A stretch of 64,000 bases of DNA from Takakia lepidozioides (taxonomy: Eukaryota; Plantae; Bryophyta): positions 4,960,001-5,024,000 of the forward strand of contig CM060734.1 of NCBI GenBank assembly GCA_030704615.1. Reading direction: 5' to 3'. Below are positions 35,030 through 49,879 of this stretch, in pieces (position 1 is the stretch's first letter; each line of letters starts with the position of its first letter). The translations under genes were made by a program, and so were the position numbers. The notes beneath the pieces are model-generated. The model did not search any database. It worked only from the letters and a program-made list of their open reading frames with translations, and was not told the DNA's origin.

Positions 35030-35864
35030 CACTGCATGTAATCAGACGGGAGGCTGGGCTGTTGCCAAGGCGCTTAAGCCAGAGTTAATGGAATGGATGA
35101 AGTTCGTAGTTAATCGATTGACATTGAAGAAAGTGTCCACTTATGTAGCCTGGTCACAATTGAATGCGGTGGTATCAACAGTTCAAGGTTTTCAACTCAA
35201 TTGGGCAGAGTTTGTTTGCGGGAAGATCCATGAGGAATTGATCTCCAAAAGGAAGAGTGGGAAGACAAACATATTGAACTGTGCAATCTATTTGTCTATG
35301 ATTTTGCAGCATCGATTGAAGGTACCGGCCTCAGCCGATGTGATTGCTACCATGATTATTGACAAACCAGAGTCAAGGAAAGCGAATGAAAGGGTTTCAA
35401 CACTGGCGGCAGTTAATACCAGTGTTGCAATGGTGGTGTCGGGAGGCAAAAATGCAAGCAGCCAATCGTCTTTTGCAATGAAGATCCGTGACTTAGTTGA
35501 GGGATTGCAAGTGGTAACAGCAGAAGCCCTTGATCACGAGGACTTGCAAAAGGAATTGGCCGATTTGAGGGTTACGCATACTGCCACCCTATCGCGAAAT
35601 CAACAATTACAGCTTGCGTGGGATGATGCGAAGAAGAGAATGGAAGCGGATGCAAATGAACTCCAAAAATTTCAAGAGCAGTGGAAGATGAAAGAGATTC
35701 AGTATCAAACAACTGTTGTTGAGAAGGATGCAGCGATTGCCATGCAGACAGAGCAGATAAAGTCGAAGGAGGCTCATGTTAATGAATTGGAGAGGCAATT
35801 GACAGAGACTACCAAGCAAGTGGCGGAGATGGGGGTAGTTGCAGCCTACGGTGGACCAAAATGA
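35030..35864 (+). pseudogene. 5'-truncated TE accessory ORF (NWA motif + coiled coil), possibly the extra ORF downstream of the 30290 integrase
   Basis: Open frame containing FQLNWAEFVCGKIHEEL and a heptad-rich C-terminus; cut at its 5' end by the chromovirus LTR. Confidence 0.55.
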
Positions 35865-36513
35865 GACACACCATGAGTCCCTAAAAGTACATAAAGGGGG
35901 ATGTGGCGAATCCTCAACCATTGGATTCGCTTCAATTTACGATCTCAACCGCCTATTATTGACCATTAAAGACTTTATTTTCCAGTTGCGATAATTTCAG
36001 ATCACGATAGTTTTTTTCAAATTTGACCTTGATCCACCCCGGGAGTCTACCCTTGGTCTATGTATTTAATGAAGTAGTGTTGATATTTCAAAGAATTCTA
36101 TACATAAAGGACTTTACGAAAGGCTCAAAATAGTACATAAAGTTTATTTTACTTAATATTTTTGAGTAAATGTTTTCATTCTAGATTCTTTATCCCTCAA
36201 AGCACATTTGGTTGAGTCCCTTTTTCCAATTCCCTATGAATCATGCTTTAAAAAAAGTCCATAACGGCCTTTTATATGGACTATAACAAATCATTATGGA
36301 CTTGTTCAAAAGTCCATAATTTCTAACCATTTGTTTTTTTGGTTATGAGACTTGGAATAGGGGAAATATATGTAGTTGAGCCTTCCCTTTTTACTATTAG
36401 CATTGCCATTTAGGAGTATGATAATTTACAACTAATCAAGATCCCAAAAAAACAGTGTTGTGACAACATTTTTGGTCCACCGTAGGCTGCAACTGTCGAT
36501 GGGGAAACAACCT

Positions 36514-36745
36514 TCAACCATAGACACCCCTGAGGAACGATATGTAGCATTGCAGCAGGAGTTTGCTTCTTAGGGCTGGTGCCACCAATGCCCTACTGCC
36601 GAGGAAAGCTGACGGGGCGGTAGTGACAGTGGACAAAATACCCACACCACCGGAAGAGACGGGCAAGGTGGCTTGCTGTCGTGGCAAAAGTCCCTGAGCA
36701 CCCTCCAGAGCTCCTGGTCCTAGCAATCTCCCGAAGATAGTCATC
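36514..36745 (-). mobile_element. CRE-like non-LTR retrotransposon fragment
   Basis: QATLPVSSGGVGI...APSAFLGS resembles the post-RT motif of CRE-clade LINEs. Confidence 0.6.
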
Positions 36746-38041
36746 ATGGTAGTATCAAACCCAGATAAGGTGCAGGTACAGCACCATGTGGGTTCCTCCG
36801 AATTATCTCACCACAACGTGATCTCGTGTCCACCCGGATGGTGCAGCACTTCCCTCGAAATGCCGGCAATATCCTTGCAATTCTCCACTGTGACTCCGAC
36901 ACTCTTGTCTCCACAATGGGTATGTTGTACTGCGTTACTACAGATGGCTCGTTATGTTTCTCGGGCACGTGCCCTGTGCTCAAAGGAGATGGCGATCTTG
37001 AACGTGCAGGACTTGCGGTGCTCGACGAGACCTTCTTTGGCAACATTACGGGACCACGAGGGAGCGTGCAAATATTCTTGTCAGCTTGCCATGAATCCTC
37101 TTCTCCGCCAGATGCCTCGTCAGGTCTTCGTCTCACTAGACGGGTGTGAACATCTCCTTCCAAGTGTTGGCCTCTTCGAAGCAATGGCATGTCTCGAAGG
37201 CCCTCTCGCAAGGTTGCCGCCCACTTCCGAGGATTCTTCGATCTGGAGGCAGTCCGCATCAGCATTTCCTGCCTGTCCGGCCGCAAGCCCCACTGTTTCC
37301 CTTTCAAGAACTCGTTGTACGTGCATTGATGCATAATTGACCTCACAATGTCCTTCGTTGTGGCAGTAAGGATGTCCACCAGATGCGCCGCAGAGGAGGC
37401 ACGCCAGGAAGAATGTACTGATTCGGCCATGTTTGTTGTCGGCATGTCGGTGTCGGAGTCCAGACACATTTCCTGCACATGCACATTCTGAGGTTATAAG
37501 CAAGTTACAAATTATGACTAGCATAATATTGAAGGGGACGTGAATTCGTCCAACTCACCTCCCGCATATAGTCGCCGAACTAGAGGAAACGATAATGCCA
37601 CCATGCTAGCCAACTGACCATTGCTCCCTCGTCTGATTTCTTTACAGCACTTGACGTTGTCCACCAAGCCCGTATATATGCAAACTGTGTCTCTGCATCA
37701 TCCAAGGTGGGAGCACGCTTCCATGAAAGACACATGGAAAGATGCTCCTCTCTGAATTCTGGCGTCACGAGCCTGGTTGTGTACTGCGACAAGCTTTGCA
37801 GAAAATGGAACCCATAGGATCTCTCCTTGCCTTCCATCGGGACATTGGGTCTTCCCCGTACACCATTCGGATGGCAGCCCAATTTGCTTGTGCGTTGTCC
37901 GCCATGAAACCATGGAAATTGGGCGGGGGCAATCCCGCCCTGGCCATCTGTTCGTTTATTCCCTGCCAAAGAAGCATCTCCGATTGTTGCACTGTTGTCA
38001 CCAAGAAGCTGGAACCTCGATTGGCCTCTCAACAACCTCAT
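36744..38041 (-). mobile_element. Mutator-like (MULE) transposase remnant
   Basis: GFMADNAQANWAAIRMVYG (catalytic D region), xxFHFLQS (CxxH-like) and TTNMAESVHSSW (catalytic E), spread over frameshifted ORFs. Confidence 0.7.
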
Positions 38042-38059
38042 GACTGACAGGGTGTTGGT

Positions 38060-38698
38060 CAGGTTCTAAGTTTACAGGACTCTAAATTGATGCATGTGCG
38101 TACAACTACAACTGCTAAAGAGACATGGGATAAGTTGGAGGCTCAATATGAGCAGAAGACATTAGCAAACAAACTATACCTTCTAAGACAACTGATGAAC
38201 ATACAGATGCAGTCAGGAGACACCATGACAAGTCACATCAATAAGCTTAGAGAATTGTCACTACAACTAGATGCAGTGGGAGAGTCGGTGAGTGATGGCA
38301 TGTTAGTAATGATTTTGTTATTAAGCTTGCCAGAGAACTATCACAACCTCATTACTGCTCTAGAGACTAGGACAGATGCTCTAACGTTGGAACTTGTAAG
38401 TGGGAGGTTGCTGCATGAGGAGTTGGAGATGAAGATGAAGGTAGAAGGGACATCTTCAAGTGATGAAAAAGCTTTTTATGTACAGAAGCTGAAGACGAAA
38501 CCCAAACAAGAGTCATATGGACAGAAACGGCAACAACCGCAGGAAAAGTTCAAGCGGAGAGGCAACTGTAATAATTGCCATGAGCCCGACCACTGGGCAC
38601 GAGAGTGCCCGCATCCAAAGAGGTTCGCAGAGAAGGGGCAAGCACATACAGTTGAGAATGCCTTTGGATTTATTCAATGGCTTGAAGTGCCTACTTAA
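38060..38698 (+). mobile_element. Ty1/Copia gag fragment
   Basis: TAKETWDKLEAQY, ILLLSLPENY and zinc knuckle CNNCHEPDHWAREC. Confidence 0.88.
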
Positions 38699-39029
38699 AT
38701 ACACAAACCTCAACTTTAGAAAAATGACAATGAAAACGGCGATGAAAACGGGAGATAAAATCTTACAGATATCGTTTATATACATATAAACCACCTTAAT
38801 GCACATGAAGTACTAATGGGTTTATTGGTTTATGTGCAGTGACTTAACTGTGCGGTAGCGCAAAGGTCAATGCTTAGAGTGGCAGTATGGTCTATTAGTC
38901 AATTAGTTATCACGAGTTAGATGACGCAACTTGGTGGATGGTGCCACATGTCAATCTTGGGATCAGTTCAGATTGGTTGCAGTTAGATAATAAAGGATTT
39001 TTTTTTTTTTATTTTTTATTTTATTTCCC

Positions 39030-39264
39030 CCCCCCCATGACGCCGAGAGGTCGCAATTTGCGACGCCCAGGGGTCACTGATCGGGGCACATTTCATGGTG
39101 CTCGAAATTTTTGTTGTGACCCCCTGGCAGTCGCAAAATTGCGACATTTTGGGTGCGACGGCGGTCCGTCGCAGATCGGGCCCGAGACCGGAGTGCATTG
39201 GACCCCATTTGCGATGGTTGGGCCGTCGCACGGCCGTTGCAAACCCCCCCTAAATGCTGTAGTG
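39030..39264. mobile_element. CACTA (En/Spm) element right terminus with subterminal repeats
   Basis: Ends in TGTAGTG (the reverse complement of CACTACA) at 39264. It is preceded by multiple direct and inverted GTCGCA/TGCGAC repeats. No partner end was found. Confidence 0.7.
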
Positions 39265-41059
39265 GTTTATCTGCTATCACTTCATCTAACCTTACATGTG
39301 AGGACAATAACAATGATTCTTTAAAATAGAAATAGAATCAAGATAGAGCCTCTCAGGACAAGGGCTAAAGGGGTAAGATTATGTAATCAACACTTTCTGC
39401 ACACTAAAAATCAAGTTGTCAATCATCAAATCCGTTGCTTGGGAAGCGTAGCAAGGTGGAAAACCAACCTATGTAGATCCGATTTCCACAAATAGAAACT
39501 ATCTCACAGAAATCAAACAATGAAACCTACAAAGTGACGGAAATCAAAGAAGAGATTCGGAAGATCTCAAAAAGGCAAGGAATAATTGTCCAGAAAGTAT
39601 CCATGAAAACATTACTTCATCAAGAGCACCACCACCACAGGCAAGGTCCAAGCATCGACCTTGACCAACTCAGAGCAACAAGGATACATGGCAATGTGCC
39701 GTACTTCCACCCCTTCATTTGCGTAGACAGAACATAACCAACTTAAGGAGCTTCTACTCCAGGTGGTCCACCATACATGACATAATTCTGCACTGCACAG
39801 GTGTGTACTAGTTGAGCCCAAAAGCTTCTACAACCCAAGATCATTCGGTATATGACTTTGTATATGTGTGCCGTGCTGCACTACACTACATAAAGCGATG
39901 CAATTACATATATAGCAACAAAAAACAAGGTTGCATTTGTGGCTCACCTTAAGTTGCATGTGTTGGATCCCTTGGAGACATCGGAGTTCACGGACAATCT
40001 CTCAAAAACTTAAACCCTAAAAACCATAACAAAACGTAGCTCGGTCCTGCATTACACGCCTCCTCACGTATTAAATTAACCCCAGTTACAGCCCCAACTC
40101 AGCGTTTTTTTCATTGGCGACTTATCGCCAGATTTCGACCTCAAGGAAAAAAAACGGAATATTCTACCGTAAGTTCCCTGTTTTTTCATGGATGAAATCG
40201 CCAAACTTCTCCAAATACAAAATAAACTGTGGATGAATTTGCCAAATATGGCTGATAATGGATTAATGTATGGATGTGGATGATTGTATCCTAATTTCAG
40301 TGGATGAACAGAACGTACGACTATTTTTCGCAAAACTCTATAGCCACTCGTGCTGTTTTTCAAATTTCTAAAAAAAAATTGGGGCCCAACTTTTATCATG
40401 GATGGATTTACCATTTACTTCTTTTGAACAGAACAGTAAAATTTGCTTAACGTCCAGCGAATTTACAGAGCCTCAGCCAGTGGTGTGAGGAAGTGTTTCG
40501 TATAGGGGCCATTAGGGTTAGTGAACCCTCCAAGTTATAGATTCCCATACATGACATTGGGTATTCATCTCATCATGGTATATCAAAGAGTCCATCTGAG
40601 CCAATGACAATCTAGTTACAGCGAAATAAAGTGTTAATCTATGTGATGGCAGGGATATTATGCTATAAAGTATAACATTGTTTCCAGCATTGCTCCTCTT
40701 TACCTTGCATCAATTATGCAGTTGACACTAAGTCATGATTATACATGAAATGCATGTGCAGAGGTTGGATGTATTGAGGTGCTGGAATGTGACTGGTGTG
40801 TGCATTGTGATCCTGATACTTAATTTCCCCTTTTGTTGAGATAAGTGGAGCTACATAAGGATAACACACCAGTTCCCATTTTCCCTGTTCAGGTAAATGG
40901 AGCTCATCTGGCAAAGCTGTTACCTGTTACTTTCCCATGTTGAGGAAAGGTCACAGGGAAAAAGAAAAATCTCCTTTTACAACTCTTTCCACACAAGACA
41001 AACGTACATCGTTCCCTCCCTGTTGCTCCACAGGGAACGTTCCGAAAACTCCTTGTGAA

Positions 41060-41368
41060 ACCATGATCTTTGAGACTTTGAGAATCGATGTTTCCCCCGT
41101 AGATAACTTTCAGAAATATCTCGAGAGCCTTTGCACTTGCATCTGATACCTCCACCAGTGATGTATGATGCTCCTTGCAGTAATCCGTGGTAAACATAGC
41201 ACGAAATACTGGCGACATGCTGGCCAAAATGTTGCGGCGGGCTAGAATGCTAACGCCATCAGCAGACAGAATGGTGATGTCTGAGTGCAATCCCTCTTTA
41301 AGCAAACATTCAAGGTGCTTAACAACAAGAATTGCTACTCCTCCTTCAAGGGAGACATCAGCTCTCAT
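41060..41368 (-). pseudogene. BTB/POZ domain coding fragment (full gene structure unresolved)
   Basis: HSDITILSADG...ARRNILASMSPVFRAMF...VEVSDASAKALEIFLKVIYGG is a typical BTB N-terminal half; similarity is lost afterwards. Confidence 0.7.
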
Positions 41369-42963
41369 CACTGTGTGTGATCGATTACTTGTATGTATAC
41401 GCTTGCACCGTGAGAATAATGCCCGCAGCGCCCTCAATGTCAGATAGGCAGATCAAGGCCTATTTTCCAATGGACGATTTCTTCACAGTATTTTGGCTAG
41501 AATATTTCATTACCCTAGTGCTCTATCTCTGGGCTAAATCAGCTGAAAATTCCTCGCTGGACAATCTGCCAAACTCGAGCAACGTAACTTGCGCGACCAA
41601 AGCAGTTATAGATAGTAATGGAAGTGCCAAGCTGAGGATTGCAAGCTCATGTCCAGCATACTTCCCAAGCTATTCTACAGTGCCTAGAGCACATACATTT
41701 AAAAAAGAACAAAGAGAAAGTTAAGCGCGCAATTATTTTTCCTAATTAGACTAACATGCATACAGGACGCATACAGCCACCCGGGCAATGCATGCGCACT
41801 CCATATTCGTGTGAACCAAATACCCACAACGGATCGACACCTCGCCAGAGTCTTTTGTTCCTGCAGGATTTCGGATCATTACATGGTCGAACCGCCAAAG
41901 CTGCTACTTGATAGTTTTCAGCTCATTATGTTTCCAGGCTTCCAAGTAGGGGCCATTATGGTCCATATATCCTTGAATGTACCGCAATGTTAGTCTCTGG
42001 ATTGGAATCTCAACGATGATAGATTTATCTTAAAACCTGCACATTCTCCTTCTCTACTGTAAATAATTTTCTTGAAAGATGTCTTTTATGTGTCTACTTG
42101 AGTTGCCAACTGCAGAGAAGTGCAAAAAGAGTGAACTTCCAAGATGCTCATGGAACACTCCACTCAAATATAGCGAGGAACAGAATACAAGTGATAGGTA
42201 GATAGTATTCCGTAACCATTGCCCCGGATGTCGACGATGTTTCCTGATTCCCTCTCAGTTCAATTGTCATGTGCATGAGTTTCTGGAGATAATCATCTGC
42301 GTAACTCTTAGGTGGCTGTCTCTTTGGATATCTGACAATTGATACCTGCAGTACTTCCTTGTGTGTTGATGAGCAGATGACTTCTACATTTGAGTGGCAA
42401 CATACCAGCAAGGAAACAAAGCATCTGCCACACTACAACATGACACAGCCGTAGTGAATGGGAGTGATCCCAATGGAGTCAACATGACACATCCATGTAG
42501 TGAAACATTTCTAGGAAAGTCCCTACAGCAACCCCAAAGCAAGAGCATGTCTTAGAGATCTGACAGCTTTGCATTGCATCCACAAAAAAGTCAGACAACA
42601 TGTCAACGCCAAATTATAATTAAACATCCAAATAGTACATTGTCTAGATATAGAGATTCAGCTCCAACACATGAAAGAGACCATTCTTCGGACACATAGT
42701 TCAAGCTGTCTCTTACACCACAAAGATGGCATTCGAGATCAAAACTTTTGCAGTTCCTGCATCCTACCACCGCAAAACTGAATTTTCACATTTGCGCTTA
42801 ACCTTTTTCTTCGAAGACCGTACCGACTGATGGTTTCGAAAGCACTCTGTTGAGACATTTGACATTGGAACCTCAAAAAGGTCGAAAAACGGTTAGTTCA
42901 CAGGAATGCTATCTCGTTAGTAGTTATCGAATTTCAAACACACTCTCTTAGCGGTCGAACTCA

Positions 42964-43962
42964 TCAAGCACCTGGCTGCTTTGGAGCCTCGCCAGCAGAT
43001 CCCGCAGCAGATGTCCCTTTCTGAGCAGCATCTTGTCCACCACCCCCGGCACCCACGTCAATTCTGCGCGTCTCTTGCTTCTGTTCTTCGACTTTGGGCA
43101 CGACGATCTTCAGAACGCCAGTCTCAGCTTTGATTGCATTCAAGTTCGCATCCTCTGGCAGTCTGATCCTTCGCAGGAAGCGCCCACGAACGCGTTCCAC
43201 ACGGTGCCAAGTATCACCCGGTTGCACTTCCTCCTTCACACGTTCCCCACTAATTTTCAGCGTTCGGGGAGGCTCAATCTCGACTTGCACCTCAGCTCTG
43301 GTTACGCCTGAAAGCCCTCACAGACATACTTAGAACTTTAGTGCAGGAGGACTTCAGCGTCTAAAGACCTTAGTGCAGCTTATGTAGCATCCTCTCAACA
43401 GTCGTTCGAATTTCGAACAAGGAAACTTTCAAAGTTGTGACCTTAAAACTGTACAACGTTAACGTTCAGTATACATTGCTAAAGAGCACTGGACAAGCAA
43501 GTCTGACATGTCACTTCTATTCGCATAACCAAGAGAAATCGCCGAGACCTCTCTGTCCTCTTTTGGACAGTGCATGCATACAAGACAGCCATGTTATGAA
43601 ATTGCGGTCACGACAATATTGTGGCCATCAACACACATATCCGACGCCTCTACATGCGTCAACCAGACCCCTCATGTGTGAGGAATGTGCAGGGTGAACA
43701 TCTATCTCCCTTGGAAACCAGAGATGAAAATCCAGAGTACATCAGAGCATTAAAGTATACCTGGGAGGTCAATCTTGAAGATATGCTCTTTGGGTGTCTC
43801 AACCCAGTCGACATTGGTGGTGATAACGGCCTGGGCATCCCGTGCAACTGAGAACCGTGGATCACGGTTCCTGCCAGACTGGTTATTCCAAAGAGAAAAT
43901 GTAGTCGGATCCAAGTCAGACCACACTTTGCAGGTCCCACAAACAGGCGCAGCAACTGCCAT
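42964..43962 (-). CDS. Small heat shock protein (HSP20/alpha-crystallin domain), class I-like; exons 43962-43761 and 43307-42964; 181 aa
   Basis: VDWVETPKEHIFKIDLP/G, LKISGER, WHRVERVRGRFLRRIRLPE and GVLKIVVPK motifs. A phase-1 GT..AG intron restores the frame. Confidence 0.9.
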
Positions 43963-44710
43963 CGCTTCTATCTTTAGACGCACTACGTAGATCTCACTAC
44001 AACCAAACACCAGGGCAACGAACTTAAAACCTCAAAACCCACAACTTCGGGCAAAATCACAGAGCTCGCAACTTTGCAATGTGCAAATGCGAATGATCAG
44101 CACTCAGTCTGCTGGCAAAGGAGACGAAGACGCAATCTTCCACAGTTGGGTCTACGGCTGCGACCAAATCTATAAGAGGCCCGAGGAAGGATCCAGACAG
44201 GGCAAGGGATGGGCAGGGGATGGGTGGGGATGCATGTGCCACACGCTGTGCACGCCACCACTCCCTCGCATGCAACCTTCTTCACAATTTGCACCCAGGA
44301 CTCAGGAATCAGCAATGCACTGTCATCTTGCTGCTGACTACATCTGGCAGCTCATCACTCTCTCTAAAATTAGTAGCGTTTAGACACCGAACACATGCAT
44401 TGTGCATTGCATGTGTTCCAGCTTCTCGAGAGAAGATCATAGCCATCCTTGTTAAACATACCTCGAGTTTGACTTCAATCTGAACTGTGAGTTAGATAAT
44501 TGCGAAGGATTTTTATGCCTTTTGTTGTTCCTTGCTTGTATGGTTGGTCTGAATCCCAAAATGCAGTGATGCACTTCCTTGCTAACTATTCTGTCATTGG
44601 AAAAAGCGAGCAAGATTCCAGAATGATAAGGTTGAAAATTTTTCCTTCTGCCAAAAACTAAGTTGTTTGCCCACAATCATGTGAAGGGTTTTTGTCATGT
44701 GTTTTCCACT

Positions 44711-44757
44711 CCTATGTTCTCTCTTGGGTGAGAACTTAGGCCAAGAGAGAACATAGG
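44711..44757. repeat. Perfect 17-bp inverted repeat with a 13-nt loop, downstream of the CCT stop
   Basis: CCTATGTTCTCTCTTGG-N13-CCAAGAGAGAACATAGG. Confidence 0.9.
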
Positions 44758-45046
44758 CACAGCCGAACTTTACTCATGTTTGGGAAAGAAAAATTGGCTC
44801 TGACAACATTAAGTTCAGAATAACTGAACTTGGGAGATCAGACTAAATAACCAAGCTATTTCTTGCACATATAGAGAAAGACTCTCTCTTGAACACTAAG
44901 ATCCTCGTAGCCATGTCGCTGTACTAAGCCTGAATACATGTGGCATCAATATACACTTAACTTGTGATGGTGAATGATCTGAGTCATGACAAATGAATGC
45001 CACGTGTGCTTCTCTTAAAACAGGGGTGCCAAACCTTCCCTGTTCA

Positions 45047-49380
<4,334 letters not shown>

Positions 49381-49742
49381 AATCTCTGTAAATGTAGCGC
49401 CTCTACTACGATTTCCCCTACCCTTCTGCCCCCGTCTCACTGTGTATTACAGATTTGTTTCCTAAAACATCCTTCTCCGCAAGCCAGCACAAAATCCTAC
49501 CAGTCCTCTTGATTACCAGGACTGAAACTTCCTTCTTTTCCTGTATTCTTCTACTGCTCCATTGGCGCAAAACCGACAACAACGGAGCAATCGACGTGAC
49601 TAGTCCCTAGCACAAAGATTTTGCGAATTGCAGCGAAATCTCCCCACCGATTGGATCCCTTCCAACACAACTCCCTCGCTTCTGAATTCCGCACAACAAT
49701 CATATATCCATCCTTCCAGCACCACAAAAATCGCAAAGCCCG

Positions 49743-49836
49743 GAAGCCTCTCCGGGAGTGCACGAAATTCAGGGATGCAGCGCGAGCTCAGATTCACGCT
49801 GGCTCGCCAGATTCTTTCTTTCTTCCTTTTCCTTTT
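49743..49836 (+). repeat. Left copy of a direct duplication flanking the LINE/gypsy block
   Basis: GAAGCCTCTCxGGGAGTGCACGAAATTCAGGGATGCAxxGCGAGCTC...TTTCTTTCTTC also occurs at 62688-62756. Confidence 0.9.
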
Positions 49837-49879
49837 ATATATATATATATATATATAACAGGGGATAGAGGCCCTGGGA

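Noticed and set aside
43400-44440. Heat-shock elements for the sHSP gene
   Set aside because: Only imperfect or mis-spaced GAA/TTC combinations were found, with no three-unit nGAAn array.
49551-49703. 50-codon uORF upstream of CCT
   Set aside because: The TSS and leader splicing are unknown, and I recognise no similarity to a conserved peptide uORF.
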